NCBI GenBank assembly: GCA_965240325.2
Contig: OZ251228.1
Coordinates: 2,728,001-2,792,000 of the forward strand
DNA length: 64,000 nucleotides
From: Rebecca billardiae RCC1528
Lineage: Eukaryota; Protista; Haptophyta
Direction of reading: 5' to 3'
Position numbers and translations under genes: made by a program. Numbering within the stretch: position 1 is the stretch's first letter; the number at the start of each line of letters is the position of its first letter. This document shows positions 1 through 11,388 of this stretch, piece after piece. The notes below the pieces were generated by a model that was not told the DNA's origin, did not search any database, and saw only the letters and a program-made list of their open reading frames with translations.

Positions 1-718
1 ACTTTGGGCTCACCACGTTGGCCATGCCGGCCAGCTTGTGCGTGCCGCACCGGCTGGCGCGCGCGTCGCCCGGCATGCCGAAGGAAGGCCTCTTGGTGCA
101 GCCGGTGTGATCACACTTTGGGCTCACCACGTCGACCATGCCGGCCAGCTTGTGCGTAGCGCACCGGCTGGCGCGCGCGTCGCCCGGCATGCCGAACGAG
201 GGCCCCGTGGTGCAGCCGGCGTGATCACACTTGGGGTGCTGCAAGTCGACCATGCCGGCCAGCTTGTGCGTGCCGCACCGGCTGGCGCGCGCGTCGCCCG
301 GCATGCCGAACGAAGGCCACTTGGTGCAGCCCGTGTGATCACACTTTGGGCTCACGATGTCGACCATGCCGGCCAGCTTGTGCGTAGCGCACCGGCTGGC
401 GCGCGCGTCGCCCAGCATGCCGAACGAAGGCTGCTTGGTGCAGCCGGTGTGATCGCACTTGCGGTTCATCACGTCGACCATGCCGACCAGCTTGTGCGTA
501 GCGCACCGGCTGGCGCGCGCGTCGCCCGGCATGCCGAATGAAGGCCGCGTGGTGCAGCCAGCGTGATCACACTTGGGGTGTATCACGTCGACCATGCCGG
601 CCAGCTTGTGCGCAGCGCACCGGCTGGCGCGCGCGTCGCCCGGCATGCCGAAGTGAGGCACCTTGGAGCAGTCAGTGTGATCGCACTTTGGGCTCACGAT
701 GTCGACCATGCCGTCCAT
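1..718 (-). CDS. EsV-1-7-type Cys-rich tandem-repeat protein, locus A (runs off the window start; >=6 repeats)
   Basis: Manual minus-strand translation from ATG 718/709: MVDIVSPKCDHTDCSKVPHFGMPGDARASRCAAHKLAG..., 114-bp units, no stop to position 1. Variable dipeptides KV,TR,KQ,KW,TG,KR. Confidence 0.8.
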   Translation of the reverse strand, partial: MDGMVDIVSPKCDHTDCSKVPHFGMPGDARASRCAAHKLAGMVDVIHPKCDHAGCTTRPSFGMPGDARASRCATHKLVGMVDVMNRKCDHTGCTKQPSFGMLGDARASRCATHKLAGMVDIVSPKCDHTGCTKWPSFGMPGDARASRCGTHKLAGMVDLQHPKCDHAGCTTGPSFGMPGDARASRCATHKLAGMVDVVSPKCDHTGCTKRPSFGMPGDARASRCGTHKLAGMANVVSPK

Positions 719-893
719 CCTGTGCGTACAGTGTATTTGTTTTAAAATATACCATTCAGGCGGGCATTGCCGGGTTGCACCCGGCAATGCTGCATTCACC
801 CCGGTCCTACCGGAATGCAGGGCTCGCCCCGCTGGCCTACAGCTCTGTGACCAGTCAGCGCCGCGCGCCACATAACAGGCCACCACGACTTCA

Positions 894-2510
894 TGGCCCG
901 CGGTGCAGGGCGGAGCGCGCAGCGTGGAGCCCGCACCAGCGGGCCCGAACCACGTTTCAAAAAGATCTTTGATCAAGAAAAAAGGGACGGGGGGCGATTT
1001 TTAGGGCTGGCGGAGACCGAGTTTCGAGTTTTTGAGATCGCATAGAGAGGTCTATTAGGCCGAAAATAAGCGCGTCCAGCTCATTCCCTTAAGTAAAGTG
1101 CGATCTGGACGTCAGCTGGACGTGACATTAACGTAACGGTTCGTTACGAGCGCGATTTTGTGGGTAGACTCTCGTTCATGTGTGATAGTTTGCCTCCGCC
1201 TTGATGAATATGAACTTGGCTTCGCGGCGGTTGGTATCTAGAGTCTAAAACCCGCAAGCCTTATTGAAAATACCCGCGCAGCTATTCGTTGCCAGCCCAT
1301 TCCATAGTCACTGACTTACCGAGCTGGCGAGCTCAAAACCTGCCGTCGTCGCAAGGACGACGTGCTGTGCAGGTTTCTTCTGCTGGGGTGGCGAGCGAGC
1401 CTCGACGACTCTTGGTTGGTCCGCAAGGGGGCGCTCGATGGGCAGGTGCGCGTGGCAAGTGCCGAGTGGCGCCTGGAGCGCGCGTCTGCGGCGGGTCCCG
1501 ACGGCCGTCGACATCGCGTTCGTGCCCGCTCACTAGTCACTCCGCACGCCCCTGCCGCGCCCTGTCGATGCCTGCGCGGCCGGCCGGCGCGCGGCCGCGC
1601 CGCCGCCGCCGCAGCCGCCGCCCTGTGTTCGGGCTCTCGCAAGCTCGGGGGCAGCGGCGCATGATGCCGGACTGATCGATCTCGGAGTCTCCGACTTCAC
1701 CACACGCCCCCCTTGCCATGCCTCTCCGCCAGGGTCTCCCAGAACTCTTCTTCAGAGCAGGCGCAAGTCGAACTCGGAACTGGCCGCGGCCCCGCGCGCC
1801 GTCGGCTCCCCGTGGCTGTCAGCTCCGCGTGGCCTGGGCGCCTGGCGTGCCCAGAGCTGGCCGTGCCTCTGCGACGCGTGCCGAGCCTGACCGAGGTGTG
1901 TCACCCCGTGCACGCGCGGCGCGCGCAAGCACCGGTGCTGCATGGCTGCTCGCACCGTGCTCCCTGGCTCGCGGTCAGTCAGCTCGGCCGCGTGGTGCCT
2001 GGTGTGCACGTAGAGTCGCGCTCATGCGTCGCTCACGCCTCGCGCCCGCCTGTCGGCCGTCGCGCAGGCGCGCAGGTCGAACCCTACTGACCTGCAGATC
2101 ATCTACTCCTGCGCTGCTGGCGTCGCGGCGACGACGGTCAGCGGCAGGCCCGAACGAACGGTCGAATCCGCGCGGTCCCGCGCCGTCCGGCTCCCTGGCT
2201 GTCAGTCAGCTCCGCCGGTGGCCTGGCGTGCAAGAGTCGCGCTCGTGCGTCGATCACGCCGAGTCGCATCCGCCTGTCGGCCGTCGCGCACGCGCAGGGG
2301 GTCAGGTAAGGGCCGTCTGTGATGAGGGCAGCTCGGCCGACGACCGACATCCACACTCGGCGCACGCCGGCGGCGGCGCGGCGCTGGGGCGGCGCGCCGC
2401 TGGATGGAGTCTAGTTACACGTGTACGGGACGACTGCGACGGAGGGTGCACCGCCACCGCGGGCCCCGAACTACGTTCGTTCTACGGAAAAGGACCGCGG
2501 AACGCGGTCA
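894..2510 (+). mobile_element. Non-autonomous Helitron2/Helentron-like element, copy 1 (alpha-type interior)
   Basis: Starts TGGCCCGCGGTG after A. Its inverted complement CACCGCGGGCC lies about 45 bp before the 3' end. Terminal hairpin GACCGCG-GAA-CGCGGTC, then A|T. Five copies in the window. Confidence 0.7.
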
Positions 2511-2514
2511 TCAA

Positions 2515-3195
2515 TACTGCTGCACGCATGATGGTAGTTGGTACCAGTAGTGACAGAGTACTGGCGGTACCGTGCCTGCGCGCATGGTATGGTACTGCTG
2601 GGCTCGTGGTATGGCACTCACATGGTCGCATGGTATGCGGTAGTGAGTGCACGCATTCATTGATTGGTACTGTAACTGGTACTGCTGCGCGCATGGTAGT
2701 ATGCGGTACTGCTGAGCGCATGGTATGGTACTGCTGCATGCATGTAGTACGCATGATGGCCGTAATGGTATGGTACTGCTGCTCGCATGGTATGCAGTAC
2801 TGCTGCGCGCATGGTATGGTGGCGGTACCGTGCTGCGCGCACTGTAGCTAGTGCCTAGTGTGGAGTACTGATGCGTGACGCATGGTATGGTACTGCATGG
2901 TCTATGTTATGGCCTACTGCTGCGCGCATGGTATGGTACTGCTGCGTGCATGATGGTATGGTACTGCTGCGCGCATGGTATGGTACTGCTGTGCGCATGG
3001 TAGTATGGTACTCTGCTGCACGCATGATCAGGTATGTACTGCTGCTGCGCGCATGGTATGGTACTGCCGCGTGCATGGTATGGTACTGCTGCACGCATGA
3101 TGGTATGGTACTGGCGGTACTGCTGCGCGCATGGTATGGCACTGCTGTGCGCATGGTATGGCGGTACTGCTGCGTGCATGGTATGCCGTACTGCA
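2515..3195. repeat. Degenerate short-period tandem repeat (GCGCATGGTATGGTACTGCT-like, about 20-25 bp)
   Basis: Dozens of imperfect copies directly after the 3' end of element 1. Confidence 0.85.
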
Positions 3196-3499
3196 GTGCA
3201 CGCAAGAAACAAGCGCGCAGGTGGTGGGAGAAGCAAGCAGAAGCAAGCGCGCAGGTGGTGGGAGTGCTCGCAGGTGGTGGGAGAAGCAAGAAGCAGCAGC
3301 TCGAAGCAGCAGGCACTCCGATGCGGCACCTCCCGAAGCTGCTGCATCCTTCTGACCGCCCGCGGTTTGCGGACGAAGCGTCCGCGACTGCGAGCCGCAC
3401 GCGCACGCGGTGCGCGCAGCGGTCATGGCGCTGGGTCCGGCGAGCAGCCGGGGTGAGGTTCAGGTACGAGGGGCACACACTATTCCGCATGCGCCTTGG

Positions 3500-5720
3500 C
3501 ACCGACCACGCGCCGCATCCACTGGGAGATCTGCGGCCGCAAGAAGCGCGCGCCTTGGCGAGGGCGAAGCATCGTAGACCCGCCTGCGCGCAGTGCTTCC
3601 GCACCGCCGGCCGGGGCGGTCCGGCACTTTGCTTGGTGTTTGTCCGGCTTCCTCAGCATCATGACATCATCACAGTCCTCACTCCTTCACCGATCGCTGT
3701 GCACCGATCTCTTGAAGGGAGCGAGCAACGGAGGACGAAGCTGAAGCACCTAGTCACGGGTCCTTGCTCTCTTGCCGAACCGTGAGGAACCGGAAGCAAC
3801 CGAGAGGAAGCTGAAAGCAGTGTAAAGCACCTTCACTGGTCCTTGCTCTCTCCAGCTTCATGTTGACCGGTTTCCAAGCAACCGGGAGGAACCGAAGCAT
3901 ACGGAGGCCGCTCGAGCGACTTCGTGTCAGGCGAGGCAGATCGCGCCAGTGCGAGGCGAGGCAGACGCTCGCCTGCCTCGCCTCGAGGCGAGGCAGCTAA
4001 GCTAGTAAAGCCGCGGCCGAACTTTACGAAAGCCAAATGTCTGCCGAGGCGCCGCCGGTCTTCGCGCACGGTGACAAGGGCGCGCGAGGGCGCTTCCTCA
4101 CGATCCCGAAGAGCGCTGCGCGCGGCGTCGCGTTGGCGGCGGCAGCGGCGCTTGGGTGTATCTTGCCCATTCTGCGTGGCGGCGCGCGCTCATGACGCCT
4201 CGGCCGCCGCCACGCCATGCGCGACCAGGCGTGTCGCCTTCTTGACGGGCAGTGCACACGCCCTTGCAACCTCACAGCCGTGAAGAGCCGAGAGCGTCCG
4301 TCGCGAGCACGCCGCCCACGCGGGATGCGTTGTCAGGACTATTCGTATGACACTGGGTGTTCACGCTCTGGCATGTGCAAGCCACGATGACCATGGGTAG
4401 CAGCTACGATGAGCACTGCTCACCTGCATTTCAGCCGATGACAACCTCTCGTTCAGCGATCTTGACTGCACTGAACGCATGGCGAACTCGGCGGAGCGCA
4501 TGCGCAAGGTAGCTTCGTTGATATCACAACGCATCCCGCGTGGGCGGCGTGCTCGCGACGGACGCTCTCGGCTCTTCACGGCTGTGAGGTTGCAAGGGCG
4601 TGTGCACTGCCCGTCAAGAAGGCGACACGCCTGGTCGCGCATGGCGTGGCGGCGGCCGAGGCGTCATGAGCGCGCGCCGCCACGCAGAATGGGCAAGATA
4701 CACCCAAGCGCCGCTGCCGCCGCCAACGCGACGCCGCGCGCAGCGCTCTTCGGGATCGTGAGGAAGCGCCCTCGCGCGCCCTTGTCACCGTGCGCGAAGA
4801 CCGGCGGCGCCTCGGCAGACATTTGGCTTTCGTAAAGTTCGGCCGCGGCTTTACTAGCTTAGCTGCCTCGCCTCGAGGCGAGGCAGGCGAGCGTCTGCCT
4901 CGCCTCGCACTGGCGCGATCTGCCTCGCCTGACACGAAGTCGCTCGAGCGGCCTCATACGGGGAGGCCAAGGGTGGTCAGGGTCGCCGACTCCAGCGGAG
5001 TCCGGCGCCGGAACTTCAGCACCGATTTTTTGCGGCGGCGCGGCGTGCGGGGCCGCTGCCGCTGTGGCGGGCCGCTCGGGGCGTGCACGGCGTGGGCTCG
5101 TGCGGCCGCTGCCGCGCACGCCGAGCGATCCGGCGCGGGCTCGCGGCTTGTCGATGGCCTCGCGCGCCGCAGCGCGGCGCGCGCCTTGCCTAGCTTCGCC
5201 TGTCTCGCGCCTTGGCCGCCGTGCACGCGTGCGCCGCCAAACCGCAAGCTCGGCATAGCTCTCAGCCGAGCGTGCACGTGCCTTGCGCGACGCGACGCGG
5301 GCATTGCGAGCGGGCGATGTAGCCGTAGTGCGAGCCGACCACGCGCCGCATCCACTGGGAGCTCCGCGGCCGCAAGGAGCGCGCGCCTTTGGCGAGGGCG
5401 CCCGCGATCCCGCATCCCGGCCCGGGGCGGTCCGGCACTGCTTGTTTGGTGTTGTCCGGCTTCCTCAGCTCATTCATCACTCCAGCTCATCATCACTGCG
5501 CACCGATCTCATGAAGGGAGCGAGCAACCGGAGGAGGCTGAAGCACCTTCGTGGCAAGGCGGTCCTTGCTCTCTTGCCGAACCGTGAGGAACCGGAAGCA
5601 ACCGAGAGGAAGCTGATGAAAGCAGTGTGAAGCACCTTCACTGGTCCTTGCTCTCTCCAGCTTCTGTTGACCGGTTTCCAAGCTAAACCGGGAGGAACCG
5701 GTTGGAAGCATACGGGGAGG
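3500..5720 (+). repeat. Imperfect direct duplication of about 400 bp (about 3500-3903 and 5334-5720)
   Basis: Shared text CCGACCACGCGCCGCATCCACTGGGAG...CCGGGAGGAACCG...GAAGCATACG. The second copy gives the empty site for the 3904-4955 insertion. Confidence 0.8.
3904..4955. mobile_element. Foldback-type non-autonomous TIR element (430-bp TIRs, 192-bp spacer, 5-bp TSD ATACG)
   Basis: 3904-4333 is the reverse complement of 4526-4955. ATACG at 3899-3903 and 4956-4960. Empty site GAAGCATACGGGGAGG near 5705. Confidence 0.9.
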
Positions 5721-6333
5721 CTCGCTTATTAGTCGCTTTCGCCTTTCATGATTCATCGGCTTCCGTGTGTTCATCATCAGCAGCTGTTCATCATCGGTTC
5801 AGAACTTGATCAGTTGGTGCCCAGTACATGTAAGCGGTACTGCCATGATTCATCATCGGCTTCCGTGTGTCATCAGCAAGCTGTTCATCCAAAGATGGTC
5901 CTTTTGGTTCATCATCGGTTCAGAACTTGATCAGTTTGTGCCCAGTACACATGTACAGTAAGCGGTACCGCACCAAGGCAGCCCCTGACCGTACAGTAGC
6001 TACTCCATCCCTTGAATCATCATCATCATCACATTTCTTGCTGTTACCGCGGACGTAGCTGGGGGAGTCGACTGCTGACAGATTGCACGAAAAAACCGTT
6101 GGCCCCAATTGGGATCTGACTAAACTGTATTCCTCGGGATACCTATTGGAAGGCCATCACCTTTGTAAGAATCACCGGACTTCGCGTGTCCTACCGGAAA
6201 ACTCGCTCCGCTCGCATGCTTGTTCTTACAGAACAACCAATGCGAGCGGGGCTCGCGACTATTAATGCAGGGTCCAAGCTGCAGTCGTCATCGGCGGACA
6301 TCGGATGACAGCTAATAGCTACGTTAATGTAGC

Positions 6334-6376
<43 letters not shown>

Positions 6377-8343
6377 TAAACTTTTCTGAGGATAGCGCAC
6401 CAGCAATTTCCCTTGACCGCCATCCGGGCCGAAGTGGCGCAAAATGGCGGTTGCCCCGTTTGGGCGCCCTTCCGCGCCTTCGAGCGGCTCGTGCGCGTCG
6501 GGAAGTGCGCCGAAGCGTATCCGGAGCATGCTCCATCGACGCGTCGCACTGCCGGGCCCTCGCATGCGAGCCCATGCCGACGTCTGAGTGCGCCTCGCTG
6601 CGCACGGTACAGCTTGACGGTACACGGCACGATTCGGCCGCGAGCAGCCTCGTGCGCGCGACCGAGCCAGAGGTGGTCGTCGAGAGTAGCACGAGCGGCG
6701 GCACACAAGCGGGCCTGGTCGTTGCCGAATATCTGACGCACCAATCGACCTCGCCCAGCGCCATCTGCTCGTTTGCGCACGTGTCGGAAAGAATGCGCAG
6801 CTGCCTGCAAACGCCGAGCGCGCAGATGAGGCGTGGGCGAGCGAAGGGGCGGCGAGGGCCGGCGCGTGCGCGCGCGTAAATTCGAGCCTCCCCATACGCA
6901 TCGAAACACACCGCGCTCGCTCGTCGAGCTGCGCACGGGTATCGGTGCGCGCGCGCCAACGCGGCGCGCCGTGAACGCGCCCGGCGAATGCACACCTGCT
7001 CGCGCGCGCACGCGCACGTGATGGACCGAGGAGGCCGCGCGAGCATGCGCGATGTGTCTGGATGGAGCGTGTAGGAGGTGTAGGCTGCGCTCCGCACGCG
7101 CTCCGCCACCGTGCACCGCGCTGCCCCTCGTCCACGCGATCGCCGCCGAGCCCAGATTCAAACGCGCGCGAGCGCTCGAGCGCACCTCCGGGCAGCAGTC
7201 GCAGCTATCGTGACGAAGGCGTGGCGAGAGGCAGATGTGCATGGCAAGTATCGTCATTGTGGTGCCCATCACGCGCACACTCTCGCGCATGCTCGCTGCA
7301 CCACCTCGTCGCGCCCACGTGCAGCGCGCGGGGCGCGCTTCGTGCCCGGAGCAGCTGCGGAGCGGCTGCCGCGCGCAGTGCGCGCGGCGAGTAGGGCTCA
7401 GCCAATGGTCCGAGGGCGAGCCGGCCGAGCGTCGTGCGTGACGCACACGGACCTGGTGCAACGCCGCGTACCACTCGCAGCCACCATCGCGCCCGTACCA
7501 GCGAGCTGTGGCCGCCGCCGACACCCCAAAGCAGCCCAGCCGTCAGCGCGCGACAGCCGACGAGCGTCAGCGCGCGACGCGCGCGTGCACCACCGTGATG
7601 AGCACGGATGAGCGCGCGCGCCCGTGTCGTAGCTCAGGTGGGGTCCCCCGATCGCACGCACCACCGCGCTGCCACGCCTTCGACCATCTTGTGTCACCAC
7701 GCGGGCACACGCCGGGCAGGCGGCGGGGCAGCCCGCTCGGCAAACGGTCAGCGCGCAGCGAGGATGGAGTCCGGCGAGGGGCGACCGGAGTGTCCGGCGC
7801 GACGGAGGTGGTCCACGCCGTGGTCGCCGACGCGTTCCTCACCACCTCCGAGGCCGTGGTGGCCGCCCGGGAGAAGGAATGCTCCCAGTCGCACCCTTTG
7901 CAGTGCTCCTTTGCGCGTGCACGCAACGGCGAGGAGCGGAAGCGTTAGAGGGCACTTTTTGTGCAGTTCAGGCGTTCTTTCCCCAAAATGTAGAATGCGC
8001 GGAGAAGTGCCCTCTAACGATTTTCGTGTGCAGCCGTGCCGCGCGCGCGAGGAAGGCCACATGCGGCTCCTTGCACATCTGCTGCAGATCGGCTCGTGCT
8101 CGGCGAGCGCGGCGAGGAGGAAGGTGCGCGCTCGCGAGCTGGCGCACCTGGGAGTCCTCGCGGCCTCCGAGCAGAAAGAGCGCGTCGAGCGCAACGCCGC
8201 AGGTCGCACGGTCGCGATCTCGCGAGAGCGGTGGTGCGAGGGCGGGCCTCGCCATCGCGCGTTTCTGCGTCCAAACGCGGCCTCCGTAAAATCCGGATGG
8301 CGGTCAAGGGATTTTGCTGGTGCGCTATCCTCAGAAAAGTTTA
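6377..8343. mobile_element. Non-autonomous DNA transposon with about 51-bp TIRs, embedded in (TA)n
   Basis: TAAACTTTTCTGAGGATAGCGCACCAGCAA..CCCTTGACCGCCATCCGG at 6377-6427, inverted at 8293-8343. (TA)n on both sides; no recognisable transposase. Confidence 0.85.
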
Positions 8344-8657
8344 CACATATATATATATATATACGCATTCTATGTGTCTGTTGCACTCTGACGAGCCTGA
8401 CGCTTGTCCGATGCTGCCACGTCGTTAAATATATATATATAGAGAGAGAGAATATTGACCGGATTAGCTGATGATGATATGCCGACGATATTACAATAAG
8501 TATTCGCGTCGTCGATATAGTCAGGCCATCATCAAGCCAGGCTCATATCAACCCACGCTCCTGAACGTCGGTTGCATGCGCGCTGGTAACGTAAACGACG
8601 CGACAGACGCGGCGCCGCGACCCGGCGGTGCCGCCGACGCCCGCGCCTCATCACTCA

Positions 8658-10019
8658 TCACCGGGAGCGAGCATCAGCCCGGACCCTCCTTGCCTTCACC
8701 ACAGCGCGGGCTGCGTCGCCACCTGCGTTGCCACGCAGATGCCGCTCGTCCAAGGGCAGGGCACCATCATTGACCACCCCATCGTCAACCGAACGGAGTG
8801 TGCCATCTGGTGAGCGCCACTGGACGATGCTGACTGCGACCAGCGGCGGGGGCGGGGGCAGCTGCGGCGCAGCGTCCGAACCGGCCGCAGTGCGGCTGCT
8901 GCGTTTTCGCCGTCGCTTCGCGGCGCGCGTGCCCTGGTCGCCCGCGCCATGCTCCAGCCTGCGCTTGGGGACGGCGAGCCGACTGCTTACCATGCCGGCC
9001 AGCTTGTGCGTAGCGCAACGGCTGGCGCGCGCGTCGCCCGGCATGCCGAACGAAGGCCACGTGGTGCAGCCCGCGTGATGACACTTGCGGGTTACCACGT
9101 CAACCATGCCGGCCAGCTTGTGTGTAGCGCACCGGCTAGCCCGCGCGTCGCCAGGCATGCGGAACGAAGGCTGCTTGGTGCAGCCCGCGTGATCACACTT
9201 GCGGTTCACCACGTCGACCATGCCGGCCAGCTTGTGCGCACCGCAGCGGCTGGCGCGCGCGTCGCCCGGCATGCCGAACGAAGGCACCTTGGTGCAGCCG
9301 GCGTGACCACACTTGCGGTTGACCAAGTCGACCATGCCGGCCAGCTTGTGCGTGGCGCATCGGCTGGCGCGCGCGTTGCCCGGCATGCCGAACGAAGGCC
9401 GCTTGATGCAACTGACGTGATCACACGTGGGGCTCACCGTGTTGACCATGCCGGCCAGCTTGTGCGCAGCGCACCGGCTGGCGCGCGCGTCGCCCGCCAT
9501 GCCGAACGCAGGCCGCGTGGTGCAGCCAGCGTGATCACACTTGGGGTGCTGCAAGTCGACCATGCCATCCAGCTTGTGCGTAGCGCATCGGCGGGCGCGC
9601 GCGTTGCCCGGCATGCCGAACGAAGGCCCCTTGGTGCAGCCCGCGTGATCACACTTGGGGCTCCTCACGTCGACCATGCCGGCCAGCTTGTGCGTGGCAC
9701 ACCGGCTGGCGCGCGCGTCACCCGGCATGCCGAACGAAGGCTGCTTGGTGCAGCCGGTGTGATCACACTTGCGGCTCACCACGTCGACCATGCCGGCCAG
9801 CTTGTGCGTGGCGCAACGGCTGGCGCGCGCGTCGCCCGGCATGCCGAACGAAGGCTTCTTGGTGCAGCCCGCGTGATCACACTTTGGGCTCTTCAAGTTG
9901 ATCATGCCAGCCAGCTTGTGCGGAGCGCAGCGGCTGGCGCGCGCGTCGCCTGGCATGCCGAAATCAGGCCGGGTGGTGCAGCCGGCGTGATCACACTTGG
10001 GGTTCCTCACGTCGACCAT
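8658..10019 (-). CDS. EsV-1-7-type tandem-repeat protein, locus B (9 repeats + basic NLS-like tail)
   Basis: ORF 8658..10220; first array Met at 10019, true start uncertain. Dipeptides TR,KK,KQ,KG,TR,KR,KV,KQ,TW. Tail PKRRLEHGAGDQGTRAAKRRRKR. Confidence 0.85.
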   Translation of the reverse strand: MVDVRNPKCDHAGCTTRPDFGMPGDARASRCAPHKLAGMINLKSPKCDHAGCTKKPSFGMPGDARASRCATHKLAGMVDVVSRKCDHTGCTKQPSFGMPGDARASRCATHKLAGMVDVRSPKCDHAGCTKGPSFGMPGNARARRCATHKLDGMVDLQHPKCDHAGCTTRPAFGMAGDARASRCAAHKLAGMVNTVSPTCDHVSCIKRPSFGMPGNARASRCATHKLAGMVDLVNRKCGHAGCTKVPSFGMPGDARASRCGAHKLAGMVDVVNRKCDHAGCTKQPSFRMPGDARASRCATHKLAGMVDVVTRKCHHAGCTTWPSFGMPGDARASRCATHKLAGMVSSRLAVPKRRLEHGAGDQGTRAAKRRRKRSSRTAAGSDAAPQLPPPPPLVAVSIVQWRSPDGTLRSVDDGVVNDGALPLDERHLRGNAGGDAARAVVKARRVRADARSR

Positions 10020-10198
10020 GCCGGCCAGCTTGGGGAGGCCGAGATCGAGGGCGTGAAAGGCCCCGCTGCTGATTGGCGGTCCGGAGTCCGGGAGCACTGA
10101 TGAACTGGGTCCGGAGCCAGCGCTCAGTCGTTCGCTCACTCGAGTCTCGAGTTGCCGACCAACGGTCTTCACCTCGACCGACCAAGCTCGTGCGCGAG

Positions 10199-11084
10199 AT
10201 GACGACGCTCGACGCTCCATTCGCGTCGCCGCCCGGCCTCGGAGCGCAGAACACCGTGGCCGGGCTTAAGCGCAAGGCGGACGACATCTTTTCATCGGCT
10301 CTCACCCTCGGCGACGGCTCAGTGCTCGACCTGGATCAGCTGCCAGCCAACGATGAGTCGGTCACGCTCGCCATGCTGAGCTCGTGCCGCGATCGCATCC
10401 GTGCACTGCAGGCAGCCGCCACCTCGAAAGTGCAGAAGGCGGGCCCCGAGGCTGCAACTCCTGCAGGGCCGGCTGCCGCCGCGAAGAAGCCCGGCGCGTC
10501 TGGGCCCGACCACGTGACGATGGCGCGCAAACGGCTGGCTGCCTCCTTCAAGACCTCTCTCAAGGGCGTGCGCTTTTACAACCACTGGTTCTCCTCCGGG
10601 GGCACGACGAAGGAGATCAAGTTCAACGACACGCTGACGGAGAGCGAGCTCCGCGCGCTCTTCCTCGACGGCCCGGACGGCGCGCGAGGCATGCTCATCC
10701 AGCCCACGCCGGAGAACAACCCAAAGTCGAACGTGCGCAGCTGCGCACACTTGCCCGTGCCCACGGCCCTGCTGCGCTGCGCATTGTGGCGGTACCCAGC
10801 CAGTCTTGCCCGTCAAAGCGTTCACTTCACACCATACCGTGCGCTCATCGCGCGTCCCATGCGGGCCGTCGGTGCAGGTCTTCATCATCGAGCTCGAGGG
10901 CGACGCGCTCGTCAAGATCATCGGGCTGAAGGACCCGAAGGGCGAGCTGTGGTCCGAGGGCGGCATCCAGCGGGGCAAGGGCCGCAAGCTTGGCAGCTGC
11001 CCGCTCAAGGTACACTCCGCGACGGCGAAGTGGTCCGGTGGCGTGGGCAAGCTCATGCTTGCCGTGCGCACGGAGAACCTTTAG
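10199..11084 (+). CDS. Unknown protein of about 246 aa divergently paired with array B (exons 10199-10732, 10878-11084)
   Basis: ATG 10199. A GT..AG intron at 10733-10877 joins ...PENNPKSN to VFIIELEGDALVK...RTENL* in frame. Has a KRK motif. Second, degraded copy at 57472-58134. Confidence 0.7.
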
Positions 11085-11100
11085 TCGTCGTCACGGCCTG

Positions 11101-11225
11101 CGGTGGCAGGTTGCCGCACCATCCTTCATCGCACGCTCTCCGAAGAGAGACCGCTGGAAACTGGTTTGAACCCATGACCTCAGACGCAAGAGCACGCCAG
11201 TACTCCCACTCGGCCACAGACCGGC
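11101..11225 (-). ncRNA. tRNA-derived Pol III-type element (SINE-like), copy 1
   Basis: A box TGGCCGAGTGG (11216-11206), B box GGTTCAAACC (11172-11163), followed by a CTCTC-TTCG-GAGAG hairpin. Acceptor stem imperfect. Further copies at 32863-32985 and 43361-43497. Confidence 0.6.
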
Positions 11226-11265
11226 GTACGTACCGAGGTCCGACCAGCCAGCACTAGCGCTTCGA

Positions 11266-11268
<3 letters not shown>

Positions 11269-11308
<40 letters not shown>
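11269..11308. repeat. (CT)n microsatellite
   Basis: Direct reading. Confidence 0.95.
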
Positions 11309-11311
<3 letters not shown>

Positions 11312-11388
11312 TCTCGATCTCTCCGTCGTCTCTCTCAGTCTCGATCCATGGCGCTCTCGATCTCTCTGTCCGCTGGCTCTCGATCTCT

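Noticed and set aside
2482-3785. Cys/Trp/Tyr-rich ORFs (RAWYGTAARM...)
   Set aside because: Translation of a degenerate short tandem repeat.
11101-11225. Functional tRNA gene
   Set aside because: Acceptor and T stems are imperfect, no clear anticodon arm, and the copies carry indels.
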